64,000 nucleotides of DNA from Spirogloea muscicola (taxonomy: Eukaryota). Shown here piece by piece: positions 36,572-51,500 of the stretch. How positions within the stretch are numbered: position 1 is the stretch's first letter; each line of letters begins with the position of its first letter. The stretch spans positions 1,230,720-1,294,719 of the forward strand of contig WELB01000008.1 of NCBI GenBank assembly GCA_009602725.1. Reading direction: 5' to 3'. The position numbers and the translations under genes are program-made. Below the pieces are notes generated by a model. That model was not told the DNA's origin. It ran no database searches and was given only the letters and a program-made list of their open reading frames with translations.

Positions 36572-37688
36572 CTACAAGTGCTTGGTCCCCTTCTTGCCCT
36601 TCTTAGGAGGGGGCTTCTTAGGAGGGGACTTTTTGGGAGGCGTTTTCACCCCCTTCTTTGGTGGTGGGCTCTTCTTGGATGCTGCACCTGTTACAGGACA
36701 ATATGTATTGCTTCAGTGAGGCTAGTCAGAGTGAAACTGAAAGCATCTTACACTTGATAACGTGCTCTGTTTACTGGTCAATAATCACACGTCCTGTGGC
36801 ACATGCTATTGTAGATGTGAAGGCAGCCCAACAAGCCTAGACACAGTTATCAGGTTGTCTCTCACTGAATCTGTGCCATTGTCAATAGAGAAGGCTAAGT
36901 TCACTGGCTATCTTCGAGTAGCAAAGGTCAGAGGCAACATACCGGAGACAGTGATGACGCCTGTCATTCTGGTTGTGTGGATGTAGCATTGGTACGGGTA
37001 AGAGCCAGCAGTCTTGAAAACGTGTGTATACTTGAAGCCAGACTTAACGACAAAGTTTGATCCTCCTCCGGCACCTGTGTAGCTCTGCTTGCGAGACAAA
37101 TCTGGAGGGGCAGGAAAGTAGAGTTAAGAGAGGCACGACCTCCACAAAGTATGTGTTGGCTGTCCGGTTGCACCCTGTGTACTCCTCGTCAGACCCCTTC
37201 TTACTTTGATATGCTTCACATGCTTCTTTTGTGGAAGTACTTTGTAGTCGCTTAGCTTCGCCCCCCTTACCTTTCATGCACACCGCGCGCCTTCTCTCTT
37301 TTGTTACATCTAACTTGACAACGTCTACTAACTTAGAGGTGGGCAATGGCTCAGTGGGATTGTTTGGATTACCTTGGATAGCGTGTGGATTAGTATCCGC
37401 CCACACCCAGGTGACGCTCTGTCCAGCCTTGATCGTTCTGCTGTAGTCTGTCTTGCTGAGGCCCAACTTCCACTGGATGGTGGCTTGAGCATCTAAAGAG
37501 ACGAGCGCAAGGCACAGACAGAGAGCTCTCACTGTCAGATGTAAGACAGATGTCCTTACATTGTGGCGACTGCAGCAAGCGAGGGTAAGAGCAGAGGGCC
37601 ACCAGAGCAATCCTGACTGACCTGCGGTGCCGGCGGCGAAGGCGGCCAGGGCAGCGAGCATGAGGAGCGCAACGGCGTGGCGAGCCAT
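36572..37688 (-). CDS. Secreted type-1 copper cupredoxin paralogue with Lys/Pro-rich tail
   Basis: MARHAVALLMLAALAAF, TIKAGQSVTWVWADTNPHAIQ, YTHVFKTAGSYPYQCYIHTTRMTGVITVS, GAASKKSPPPKKGVKTPPKKSPPKKPPPKKGKK. Same four-exon layout as 32592-34231. Confidence 0.85.
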
Positions 37689-38559
37689 GGCGAGCGGCAG
37701 ACGAGGGAGGCGAGGAGGGCCGGAGAGGCAAGGCTGCGGCCGAGGTGCGGGGCGGCTGGGCGGCTGGGCGATTGGGGATGGCCCCGCCCGGAGAGCTTGC
37801 CGCGGGCTGGGACGGGCCGGCGACGGCAGCGTGCTGGAAATGGGGAGCCAGGGGAAGGGGTGGTGGGGGGGGTGGGGCGGAGGAGGGGCTGTGGGGGTCA
37901 AGGGTGCGGAGCGGGTGCGGGCCTGGGGTGCGACAAGCGTTTGGTAAAGCCTTTGGTAGGGGCAATGTGGAACAAGTTCCTCGGCCCATTCGGACACTGT
38001 GATCATTCGGGCTGCCTGTTCACAGCACCTCGCCCCGTTGGAACTTTAGATGTGCTTGCCTTTGTACTTGGCCATTCGGCCTTGGTTTGTGTCAAACACA
38101 CTAAGTTTCGCTTTGGGAAGAGCCACTTCCTTCCAGAGGCGAGCGAGAGGTCTGTGAACAGAGGAAGAGTTGACAAGGTCCGGATAAGCCGACCCGCGGG
38201 GGCCACCAGCTTCCCCCCCGGGGGCCTACGCTCCCGGCGCTCGCTCGAGCGGGGGCCCTAGCCCGCAAGCCGACACGGCAGCGTCGGGCGGCGACAGCCG
38301 CGGGGGGGGGTGGTCGCCGTTGACCCACCCCGGTGTACGGCTGCCCGGCCGCCCGGGCAGCGTGCCCCGAGGGAGGCTCCGCCCGGGGGCGGCAGATCTG
38401 GCAGCCGCGCCCCGAACCTTCGCCTGGGCGGCAGTCACGTGCACCTTATCGCGTGCCTTCACTTGGCCCCCCTGGCAGCCCCACGATCCAACTCCTGCGG
38501 CCCTCCTTTCTTTCTGCTCTTTTTAGGCTCCTCAACATAGTCATCAACGCCCTTCCGTA

Positions 38560-38810
38560 TGCACCTGGCTCTGTCACAGCCGCGCTTTTTCGGCCACGTC
38601 GGACCTTGGTAAATTGTCATCGGGCTGGCTGTTCACAGCCCTCGCCCCCTTTGTAGGTCTTCAGATGTGCTTGCCTTTTTGTACTTGGCCTTTGGCCTTC
38701 GTTTGTTTCAAATACACGGAATTCTCTTTGTTAAAGGAGGCTTCCAGAGGAGGGCTGTGGCTGTGAGAGGCCAAGCCCAGAAGAGCCACTTTTGCAGAGC
38801 CACTTTCTTT
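38560..38810. mobile_element. Retrotransposon 3'-UTR hairpin remnants
   Basis: GGGCTGGCTGTTCACAGCCCTCGCCCC at ~38622 (+) and a reverse copy at ~38750-38780. Confidence 0.55.
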
Positions 38811-39547
38811 TCATTGTTAGCAACCGCATTAGTCTGCCTCGCTCCGGCTACGCGAGCTGAGCAGCGCTATGAAAGCGGGAGGGCTCATCCACGCCCAGTG
38901 CTTCCAGCAGCGGCGCCGGCACAGCCTCCGCCCCGACCACCTTGCCCACACGGCTGGCCTCCGCCGCCACGTTCAGATATCGACGACCACCTGTCTCTTG
39001 CTGCGCGCCCCTGCTCGCCCCGTCCACGCAGGCCCCGATGGCCCCTGTCGTCTGCAGTCCCGACCTCTTCCCTGCTGTCTACCTTCTCGAGCAGTGGCTG
39101 CCATCACAGCCTCCACTCTGGTAGGAGCACTTCCCCAGTGGGCGTGCGCACTTGCTGGCTTCCACAGTTACCCTTCATCGCCCGCAGTTGCAACCAAGTC
39201 TGCTCACCTTCTCGTGGCAACCACCCATGGTGTAGCTGCTGCAGCGTTGCCACCACAGCTGATTCTTTGAGTGGCACCTACTGTGTGGTACCCTCTTTGA
39301 AGTAGCAAGGAGGTGCACTCCTCCGAGCAACCCCTTGACTGCATCCGCCCTCCTTACAGCAGCTCCATCCTTGACTGGCATATGGTAGCCCATCAAGGGG
39401 CTGCTTGAGGTCCTGATTTTATAAGCACTTCGCTGCTGTGACCCACGAAGGCAGTTGACTTGACGGACCTCTCCAGTCAAAAGCCTGGGACTCAACAATG
39501 TCAAGCACTTGGAATGACGCAGGTCTTCTGCCTGACGAATGTGAATC

Positions 39548-42500
39548 CTAAGCAAGTTGCTTCACTCCCTCTAGCTCCTCGTCCACTTCGGCATAGAGGT
39601 TCCGCAACCTCTCAAGTGTAGAAGGGTCCGGGTTCTCCCACAGGCCACGGCCAGCTGCCTCCAACATCCTCTTCACAATATTTTGAAATGCCTGCAGGCC
39701 GAGTTGGTGGGCTCTAATAAGTCGGTGGTAACAAGCAACAAAGAACCCTGATCGGATACTCCAGTGCAGAGGCGTTGGCACTCAGGAGGAATCTATACCT
39801 CCAAAGTCGACAACTGCAGAGCTTGCAAGAGCAACGAACCTTTCCTTATGCATGCCCAACTCAAGCTAGTTCGACCATGTCAGAGGCATACCTGAGGGTT
39901 GTTCTTCCTAAGCTGAGCAGCCATCTTGTCATCTAACGCATAGGTCTCTGAGGCCTGTCATTGCAGTGAGGCTTCGACCTCAGTTCCTATTTGTAGCCCA
40001 AAATGTCTGCATGTTGTAGCCAGCAGCAAGAAGACACAAGCAGATCATACCAGCATGAGAGGGCAGCCAAACCTGGTTGTAGACCCAATCTTCCCTGAAG
40101 TTAGCAGTCCCTCCCCAGCCAAGCAGCGCAGTCATTCTCTGGAGAGATGAGCAGCAGACGCTTGTGAACAGCGGGGAACTGAATCCTCCACTCAGCAAAC
40201 AAACGCATCATACTGCTGCACTCATGTCACATGTGCTGTTATTCTGAATGTGTAGCAAAATAATTCGTGTACCCATTGATATACAGAACATCAATCTGCC
40301 ACAGCTGGCTCATCGAGGCTCATCAAGGGTCATCAAGTGGTGATGTGCTATTGGTGCACTCTCCCAGTATGAAGAAGCACCTGAGAAATCTCATAAGCAC
40401 CACCTGAGCCAGCTGCAGCCATCTTCTCTGCCCACTTCGGGTTTAGAAGCTGACAAGTGAGGCAGAAGTGTAAGATTGCAGAGCCAAGATGCTCGTGATT
40501 TGCCTAGCAGCTGAGGGTAGACATAATGTCTAAACATAAGGCTTGGACGGCAATATGTCAGTGTACAAGAATAGACTGCATGCTGCTAAGAATTCCATAG
40601 CAGCAGTTCACTTTGATTTAAACAGTGCAATGCAATCCTGCAAGCTCTCCTTCCTGACGCTGTAGGCTTCGCGCATTGCTAGCCCACTCTTACCTTGGAT
40701 CGATACTCGATCTTGAGAGTGGACTTCAAGTCGCGAGGCATAAGGTCCTTTCCATAAGTCTCGACAACACTGCAAGACACCTGTGTCACATCATGCCCAA
40801 CAATATGCAGTGAATGGTATATACAGCACATCCGTTGCCAAGTAAGGCACCCGCAGCTGTCACGCGAAGGCAAATGTGAGGCAGTTGACTGGGCAAGGTA
40901 CTGCACCTCTCTGCCTGAGCGAGCCGTCTCTGCTGCACTCTTCATTGCCCCAGTGTTTGCGTAGTACTCCTGCCACAAGAAAAGGATGAGTAGATTATTA
41001 TGTCTAATGCAGCAGAACATCATCCCTTCCCACGAGGAGAACGCTTGCTGCTGATTGAACATCACACAGGAAGAACTTTTTCAACGCTCAGTGGCACTTC
41101 GATCACCCTGCTCTACCCTGCCAGCTTCTGTTTTACAAATGAAATTGATTAGTCTAGCTCACTTGTATGTCAGTCAGGCCGTATTCAATGCTGTCAATCT
41201 CCTGTACTATTCGGTCTGTTGTTCTGAGAAGTTCTTGGAGAACCTGGAAGATCACATGGGCAGACAGTGCATCAGGTGCGAACCTACACCAGAGAAACCA
41301 AGAATACAGGATTTTGGATGACAGAAAGGAACATATAACTAGTGAGTCACCTGCTGTGCTGGAAGATATGAATATTCAATTCGTTATTCTACGCTGATTG
41401 TGACTGACCTCTGGTCGGGCAGTGCCTCGATCTCCCCTGCCATAGCTGAAGCTATTTCGTGACTGCCAAGTCTCACCAAGCTCGGCTCCACTTTCCCTGT
41501 GCAAAAGAGCTCAAGCTTACAATCTTTGAGATTTGGTCTTGATGGGAACATTTGTCTCTATAACCTGCATGAAGTGCACTGATTGCTGGCCCTGTTTTGT
41601 TGTGCTACAGAGGACACCACAAGACAAGTGGCTCACCAGTCTGCAGCTCCAACTCTCTCATTGACCATCGAACCATAGTCACCAGCCGGATTGGAGAAAA
41701 TACGAGCCGTTGGAACCTCAACACCCTGCGCCTGATAGTGCAAAGAGGGCTCGTGAGAGCATGCCAGTCGTTGCCGTGGTCTATGAAGTGGTTCAATTTT
41801 GAGCTTAATGCACTTATTGCTAAGACTGCCAAAACGATCTCCTTGAGATCATTGCCTTCACCAGCAGGAGCTTCAACCCATTGGTGTACAGACCAGGAGC
41901 CAAGGAGTACCTTTAGTCCTAAGGAGTGCTTTCGGACAAAGTTCATTTCAGAAGGCTCATCTGCCTCGCCCGCCCGCTGGAAGAGATCATCCAGCAACTC
42001 AACCACATTGGCAAAGCTGCACAGCAAGCACAAAACAATTACATGTAGGCTTTGATGACTCGAAAGCCCTGAGATCCATTGAGCAGTACAGGTGAACCCT
42101 CCATGCCCTCTACACACACCAACAAATTGAAAAGCTTCTAAAGAGGGACAAGAGGGATGCTGGAAATCAGGAAGTGAAGGTAAATGTGATACCTGTCTCG
42201 GAAGATGCCAGACATGTTAGCGAGGACATCAATACGAGGCCTTCTCAACTCCTCCAGTGGCGTGAGTGCAAACCTCACTACTCTGCCAGTGCCCTGCTCA
42301 TTTAACAGCATGCAACTATTCAGCATCTTGTCACAGCATACAGACGCATTTTATCATGTACTGTGCCTTCCACAACTTTGCTCAGTCAGTCGTACTGGAG
42401 ATAGTGTCACCTTCAGGGAAAAGGTGCCTGCAAACTGACCTCTCTGACAGGGTGAGCTCCCACCAATGCCAAGGCAATGGCAACAGACTCGCCTCTTGTC

Positions 42501-45500
42501 TGCCAGCATGAACGAGTCAACCATGTAGAAGCTTGAGCTATCTGCCTCTGGTGACGACAAGGGACGACTACCATATACTGCATGGAGCTAGCCCAACTTG
42601 AATGACAAAGCTGCACATCTACTGAGGCTCCTTTTAGTTTGCCCCAATTCTCCCTCCTCACATGGCACATCTTCTGCAGAAGGGATTGGACAACAGCAAA
42701 CTGCGAAGAGCTTGGCCCTTACTTTGATGGCATCCAAGCCCCAGAGCATGACTGCGATTGTTTCTGGATACTGTCCCCCATTCTGCTCTCTGTGCTGATC
42801 AATGATGTTGCTTGCCAAGGCACTTCCCCTCTCCCAGGCAGCTGGCAGGGCCACGCGCAAGAAGGAGCCCAGGTAGAGCTCACAGGACAGGTCAGACTTG
42901 CAGAAGGGACATGCATGCGACTTCTCAATGCATGAGGCCGCTGATAAGGCCGCTAACATACTCTGGTTAATAGCAATGCATGTCTGCTATTGCACCTTCA
43001 CCATTCGCAAACCTCTATACTGATGCAGGATGTACAGAGCCGGTGACTGTCACGGTTGACTCAACTTGCAGTCTCGAACATTTTACACATACTAATAGGA
43101 TTATGGTACATGGCATAGCAGACTACCTGCTGAAGGCATTCGGTATGGGTCAAGGGCATGGATGTTTCGACCAGTTGGCAGTACACCTGCCAGTAACGAT
43201 ACCAGTTACCCTCAGCTAACCTCAAACCTCTGACTTATTGAATAACACTTGCATGAACAGTGTTTCTCGGGGATGCATGTGCAGGGGAGTTGTGGCCGAG
43301 CTGTGGTGATAAGATGAACAAAAAAGCTGTCGCAAGTGCAAGAGTGCTCGCCTGGTCCATCTCTGAGAAGGTCTCCACCCACAGCTGACGGCACATAATC
43401 ACCTAGAAAATGAACAGAAGAAGTTAGTTCAGACTCAGAAGTAATTTTTGGTGCACTAAGAAGCAAGAGACGTCTTTCTGTTGCACGAAGAGGCAAGCCC
43501 TCTTGTACCAGATTAGCAAAGCAACTGGCACTGAAGGAACACTTCAAAGCAGCAGAGAGAAGTCAGGTAAGGAGTAAGTTTGAGGACTGCTTAAGTTGCT
43601 GGCGCACGAGACCTACCATTGAGACCTTTGATCAGGTTTGTCATCTCATCCGTATTCTGCTGCAGCAGATCCCTGATCATCACAGCATCCTCCATTCTCT
43701 TGTCTAAGCCTTCGCTTCGGCATTGAAATCTGTCATTGCTTTGGAGGAAGAGCTCTTCCAACTTTTCCCTCACCTGCATTTTTGTGCAAACAGCATCAAA
43801 CTCTGCACCAGATATAATCATCTTGCACATGTCTGCAGGCTGTACACCATAAAGGACTGTAATCTGTCAATTTCATCACGCGTTGCCAGTGTGCCAACGA
43901 CTTCACGAGCAGGTGACATGCACTATCAGCACTTCTTGGCATATTACCTCGGCTGTGGTCCCGGAAGTAGTGGAAACCGCCTCCACAACTTCCTCCTGGA
44001 TGTCATCGCCAAAGTAGGCACTCAAGTACTGGCTCGTCTGGCAAAGCCCACAGATTCAAGAGTCCACATAGTCATCTTCAGTCACCCTTGCTTAGCAGGT
44101 GATCATCACTTGGTTCATCAGTGACTCATATGTCCACGTAGAAATACATACTGGTTGACCTCCAAGGCACAACAACTTATGCAGTGTTGCAGGGCTCATG
44201 GCTTAATCGTATCTAGCAACCCATTTCCACAACCATGTGGCAATCACAGTGATGTGAAGCTGCAAATGGAGCATTGGCATGTCAATCAAAATATTATTAC
44301 CTGCGCCTCAGAAGGTGGTTCACCAAGGGTGTGGAGGCCTTCAGAGAAGAGACGACTCTCGATAACAGCCTATGCACAAAGAAGAGCAATGTGTGAAAAT
44401 ATATATATGCATGCCATCGAAGTGGAATCGGAGTGGAATAGGAGCCTTTACGCAATGGATAGTAAGGACTGGTAAGTAACAGTACTTGCAATGCTAGCAC
44501 ATGACACGGTGGTGGTCAAAAGAGACATGCGATTATGTAGAATATAAAACTACGCAAAAACACAGTAAGTGCTTCTTGTCACAGCATACTATTAGCAATC
44601 CCCTATGAGAGGTCTATCGAGCTTGCTATACCAAGTAGCTCTGCAGCCTGCCCAAGTATGCATTGAACTCTGCGGTGTCGACTTCCTCCTCTGGATTCGT
44701 CAGCATAAAGGACTGCTCTCCTGCTGATGAAGCTTCTCGGAAAGGGCAGTCGCTCTGGAGTCCAGATGAGAGGAGAGTGGAGATGATGACAGGTTGTAAG
44801 GCCTCATTCTTGGTGGGATCCTCACGGTACTCGCTTATCTGCAAGCAACCATGAGGGGCTACCTTGAGCATATGTGCTGCGATTGATTACCTTCTATTAC
44901 ATATGAGATGCACTCAAACAAGTAAAAGGAGTTCTGCAAGCGCAAGTGGCAGAAAAATCAGGACTTGATTGTTAGCACAGCCGACTACACAGAGAATCAG
45001 TACAAAAACCCCAAAAGCCTGACGCTGCAGATACCAGCTCGCGAAGTGAGGCAAGCTCCTTGTAAAGGCCAGCTCTTCCATAGGGTGGAACATTATATGA
45101 AATGATGGTGCCATAACCCCTCCTTTTTGCCACAATGGACTCTGAGGGGTTGTTCGCCGCGTAGACATACCTGCAGTCGTCAGAAGCTTGATACTATCAT
45201 TGCCACGACGCAATATGGCCACAATGGCATGCCATAAACAATCCAAAGAACGTCAACGTGAAGCTATGCAGAGATAAGGCACAAGCATTTGGAAAAATGA
45301 CCAGCTTGTGACCAGGCCGAAGGCCCATTGTGTCTATGTCTTTATGTGTCACTGCTTACAGATTTGGAATGTTGCCCATCAGAACATCAGACCAGGAATA
45401 GCCAGTATTTCCCAAAGGGGAGCCTGGCAACCACTCTACAGTCCCATGCATCCCAAAGTGTATCAGGGCATCTGCCCTGAACTCATTCTGCAACCACTTG

Positions 45501-48500
45501 TAGAATGCTGCGTACTGCACAGAGAGGGGCACACAATTTTGAGCACTTGAGATTGTGCTGCAGTCTGTCGTCAGCCTCCTCTAGAAGGTTCCAAGTTACG
45601 TCTGAGAGAGCAGATTACATGCCTGTGGATGTGGCGTGAGGTCTCTCTCAAACAGGAGACGCATGGGGTCGCCCTCAAGGCCCAGAAGTGGCTGCACACC
45701 AATCCTGAGCATAACCACCATCAACGCTGTCATGTCGATGTAGCAGTATCGGCTCTACTCATACTGCACTACAAGACCGCGCTCCCACATAGAGACATGT
45801 CAAGGTGAGCTTAGCATGTGGCCAACAGCGTGAGCACGCGGGATAGCGGTACTTTAACATCGTGTCACCAACGAGCTAACCCAACTTTCTAGAAGATAGA
45901 AGCAAACAAGACAGCATAAAAGCAGCAGTGCTTGACCTTCAAGAAACATACCAGACATTGCCTAGCTGGAGACCACTGACCACACTTTTCCCGTCTGCAT
46001 CTGTGCAGATGCCACGGTACTTGTGCAGGGGCCCCCATGCCTTCTCCATGCGCCCAGTCAGTGTGTCACTGGCACAATTTCAAGACAGCATGGTGACTCT
46101 GAAAATCAGCTGTAAGCAAGAGTAAGCTACCAAAGGAGCATCAGACGTTGTATGACTGAGATTACCTATTGAGGGCAACTACATCCATTGAGTATGTTCC
46201 AGACCCTTGGGCTCGTATGTAAAACTCACCCAATCCAACCTTTTAATTGCTGCCATCCTACTGAGCAAGCCACTGGATGAACGCCCGACAAAACACCCCC
46301 CTTCACTGTCTTCAAGGCCAGCTCCGCCCCTTGCTCTCCCAGGGAGACCACCCTGTCCTGGTCGAGTTCCTTGAGAAGGAGGATGAGGTCTTCGCCGCTG
46401 ATTGACTCACCCATGTCTCCCAGGTCATATCTGCAACATATCCGTATCACATTGTACAGCAATGAGCGATAAGGCATTATGACATGTACCGAACATACCA
46501 TTCAGGCCAGCAACTGAAGTTACGCGACAAGAGTGATTCAACTAACAACCTGGCAAGCGATGATACATTTGGATGACCGTTGCACTCACCCCTCTGACCT
46601 AAGCCTCTGCAGAAGTCTCTCCAGCGACTTGGGCACGTTCAGCAGTGCGGCTGTGCCTGTTGCTCCCACGCCGGGAGGAAAGCCATACAGAACAATAGCA
46701 ACCTGCAGGAAGGAGCCTTGATAAGTGCAAGTCTGTGCCGAGGAGGCAACAAATAAAGTAGCACAGCCTTTCTCACATAACCCGCAAGGTGCTTTGCAGA
46801 GGTACTGACATGGTTAAGCACATATCTGTGGTCAAGCACATTGACACCAGAACCAGCTTGGAAAAATCCACCTGCACGCCAGATTGTCTATTGAATCTCA
46901 CCTTTCGCCTGGAGGTTGGCGTTCTCTTCAAATTGACCCAGCTCTTTAGCCTCGCCGTGAGCTTCCGAACCCGTTCAGGCACCTATATAGCCAAGCGTTC
47001 TTCCTTGCATTCAATGGTCTGAGGAATCTGATAGCAAGGTCAGAGACTGCATATGTTGAAAGCAGCGTTGCTTGATGCCAAGCCAGGACCCCTGCCCCTA
47101 CTTTAAGGAGCATGTAGAGCACACCACCTGTTGCTTCTCTTCCAAATTTGCGCGTGCTTGAAGCGGATTGATTGACTGATCAATTAAATGGGCATGTATC
47201 CTCTCATCTCTTGCTACAAGAGACAATCAATGGACAGCACTTTCAATGGACAGCACTGTCGCTGCAGCAAGACGAATCCCAGACAGCTACCGGTCAGCAT
47301 GCGATAGACCAAAAGTGAGTCAGTACCAGGTGTATGCCATCCCCAACAAGCCCACCAAGGGGCACAGCGTCTATTGCCCCATCGAGTTCCGGCAGGGCGT
47401 AAAGGACAACACTTTGCAGTCCCTGCACACCATCCCTTTGCCAGCTGCGAATGTCCTGTATCAGGAGGGGCCCCGCCACTATGTAGGGGAGATTTTTCGC
47501 CTGTAGAATGCTCTTGGCAATCTGGAACACGCAGTGTACAATCTTAGTACCTAGTCAGCACTCCAGCAACACTTGAAAGACCACCTGCCATAGGGTGTTT
47601 GTGAAAGCAATGTACACAAAATAATAACCTTGAAACTGCAGGCAAGCAGAATGAAGAAATACATACCTCTGCCTGCCGTCCACCCTCCATGGTGCCTGCA
47701 GGTCCACCTACCAGAGGGAAACCTGCAAACAAGCGGATAACGTGGCATGGCTTTCATGCATGCATACATCACTATGATGTTGACTAAGTTTACAGACCAC
47801 CAGAAATCTCCAGCGCTCGATGACAAATTAGCAGGAGACAAGCATTGCTTTGCTCAAGAGGCAGCAGTTGGTAATTTTCGTGCTCATACAGGGGCCTTGA
47901 GTTTGTTAGTGGTGGTTCACCTATGGTGCTGACAACAGCGTCCACTGTGACAGCAGACTTGCTTAAAGATGTTATTGCCTTCATCCCATTCCTCCTAGAT
48001 TCCTGCATGAAGTGGTGCTCAAAACCAGGGTCAATGGCAACGGAGAAGACAACAACCTTCAGCACAAGGCAGAGAAGAGAGTGCCCAGTGCATCCTACAT
48101 ACTCGCCCAGTGTCATTGTAAACCTTGTAAAGAAGTAAAACAAATCGAGCTGCACGTATACCTGCTCATGCACTGATGTCAGCAAATCCCTGACGACTGT
48201 GTGGGCTTCCACGCCATTGATGAAGATGGGGACAGGCCTGATGCCTTGTTTCTCAAACATCTGGATCATCTGGGGTATGTATTTTTGCCTTGTAATGACA
48301 TGCTTTCTGTATAGCAGAACAGCCACCACTGGGGCAGTCTGAGGCAACCTTGAGAGACTCTTGTGCCACTTCAGGTAATCCTGAGCATTCGTGAAATAAT
48401 CTCCTGGCATCAGTAAGACATTGGTGAGACCAACTATGACTAAGCACCACGAAGCAGGCACTCAGGCCAGTTATTTGTGGCCTTCAAGACCTACTTCACA

Positions 48501-51500
48501 ATGTAGTCAGATAGCTTCCACCTCCAAGTCTCGAAGAGGCTCCTCAATGACTTGTCTTCTAGTTGCTTATTACACTAGTTTACATACAGTCCAAGGTCGC
48601 GGATGTGCGAAATGCAGACAGACCGTGATCAGGATGGTAGACTCCCAGGGCTGGAGTTTCCTTCACGGTGACCTTAGGCAAGCCAGTCTTGCCAAGGTAC
48701 TCAGCCGCCAGATAGCTGAACATGCTCATCACATTTTCCATGCCTCCCTGTTGTTTTCAGAATGTCAATCTTAGCACCAAAGAAGGGGATGCTTACAACC
48801 AGGATTCAAATATGAGCTAATAAATGAGTGCTGCAGCATCTCTTCTGGTACACTGTTACTGTCTTAAGAGACAGTACTGCTTGATCACAAGAGCGTCTAC
48901 AAGAATAATTTCTGGAAGTTAGAAGCAAGTGAGCAGTGAGTTGTTAAGGCACTACACCTGATTCCAGTACCCATAGATTGTGAGCCAATTACGCAGGTCG
49001 CGGACCTTCTGCCCAGGAACAAATCGCAGAAGCTTTGGCCCAATTTTCAGAAAGCTCAAGTAGCCCACCTGATCACGCATGAGAGAACACTTAGGCTATA
49101 GATGCACCCCAGTGCAGACAACAATCTGCTCCACTACATCTTAACGTAGCCTCAGTGCAGAACTGATTGCACACTGAGGATGCAAGATAGCTTACATGCA
49201 TTACGTACAGAAGTATGGCAAACAAGAGGAAGAGGGCATGTAGGGGAAAAGAAGACCATCTTGTCTTCCTCCTTTCCTCCCCCGAACTTGGCAAGGATTG
49301 CCTTGATTGGAGCAGGCATGCCCTTCTTCTGCTCCTTACCACCCATTGTGAAGCTGCGCCGCAAGTTGCAGAGGCCCAGGTGTTCAGTACAGCAGGCAGG
49401 CCCTTCAGTCAATGGACCTCGCTTGCTTGGCGTGTCCTACACTATATTTAGTCTTGTGCGGGGTGACTCAGGACTTATCAAAGTAGGAGATTCAGAGTAT
49501 CAGATACCATTTCAAGAGCTACACTGGAAAAGGGAAGGTCTTCATCACCTCCCAGGGACCTACATTGAACCCAAGTGGGTGCCACAGAGGAGCAACTAAG
49601 ATGCAGGCATTTGGGAGCTGTTGCTGTTGCAAGGAGCACCTGCCGATCTTCGTTGTGGACATCAGCTCCAGGGAAGACTCAAAACAGAGGCGAACTGGTA
49701 TGTGATTCACTCTTGCTTGCAGCCACTCACACTGCAGGCGCCAGTCAAGACATGCTAACATTTCAAGCCCTTGCCTGAAAGGAGATGCTATGCTGGCAAG
49801 ATCAAGGAAGACTTCTGGGGTGACCTTAACAAGCAACCTAAGCAGCAGGGTAAATCTGCAAGCTCAATATCACACGGGAGCAGGAGCTCAAGGGCTAAGC
49901 AGTTTGCTCATTCTGGCATAGCAGGACATAACTTGGCCCTCCACTTAAGCTTATCCGGCTCTGAGGGGGGCTGGACTACTCGAACCATGGTAGGCGAGTA
50001 AGCACATGGCGGTTGCTTGTCTTACCTGGTCGTAGTCAAAGAGCAAGCTACCAAAGAAGACATCTGCTTGGGCCAATTTTGCTTCTACCTGTCAGGGTAA
50101 GATGCACAATAAATAGAGCACACAAGGTAGGTGTCTGGCATCATTGGTCCACATTACATGCTGTTGGGTGTGTAGACAAAACACAAGGACATATTATCAG
50201 GAAGGTCAGGTTCAGTTGATGCTTGGCATTCACTGCAAAGTACAAGAACCTGCTAGTAAATCACAGACTTACAGCAGTAACTTGGAAAAAGGCCACACCT
50301 CTTGGCGCTTGCTAAGAAGGTCTCTGTCACTGAAGATGTGAACCTTGACATCTGCAGACATCAGTTGAAAAGATCAAGGTTGTCAGTATTTGAGAGAGTG
50401 CAGCATCCAGTCTTCAGAGTACTACATCAGTCTTCCTTTCCTCTAAAGCACTTGCTCTGTGATTTGTAAGAACACCAATTGGTTTTCAAGTTAGGCACCC
50501 ACATCACTCAAGGAACACTTCAGGCATCCATGACGATGCTGACTAAATCATAGGGCATTCTTCTCCACGAACATCAGTTCCACCTGGGCAAGTAGAAGTG
50601 AAAGCAGCCCCAGCTTTCTTGTATAGTTCAACGTTGAAGGATTCAAATCCTGAAATGAGGACAATGCTTGTTTCCTGTGTTGAACGCCTCTCTGTTCTTG
50701 AGCCATGTGCACCCGCCTGCTGCTTCTTGCCATCCTTGGTCCAACTGTCAGCTTCATCACCCACATCGTCGCCACTGATAGGCTGTGGACGTACGAAGAG
50801 GGTTGTCAATTGTCACTCCTCTGCCATTGCAGAAGCTTTGGGATGATCAACTTCATAGAGAGCTGAACAGTCAGATGGAGTGCAATATATTCAGTGCCAG
50901 ATAGAGCAGGGTGTCGTAAGGCATGCACTACACACCGCTGCTGTGATAGCCAGCGTCTCTTCAAGCTGAGTCCTCAGCACCAGCAACTCCTGCTCCACTT
51001 GCAACGATAGCCAAAGTTAGTATGCGAAGGAGTTGTGTAGATGTCTTATACTTCGTCAGCTGGAAGAAGGAAGGTACATATCTGCAACCTGCTCGTGCAG
51101 CAACTGTAGCCAGAGCAATCCTGGCCTCAGAGTTGCAAGTCTACGAGCTGTACGTACATCAATGGGTGCAGTATATGTCTTCTGCATTGATTGCCTTTAA
51201 TTAAAGTGTCTTAAACTTAAAGGTACGGGAGGCAAACCTTGCGTGCCCTATCTCTCGTGAGAGATTTTGTGTGGATCTGCCTCTGGAATTCTGCCCACTT
51301 GGCCTTGTCTACTGAGCCTGTAATCGTGGACCGAAGGGGGTTCACTTGTCTTAACACGGGCTCACTAAGCATGGCCGTGCAGCACTCGCTGCTGACATGT
51401 ATGTAGGCAGGCCACACAATCCTATGTGTGTGATCGAAACACCACGATTCATGCCTAGGACATGACTACTGGAAGAACATAGAGAGATGACTGTGCTGCA

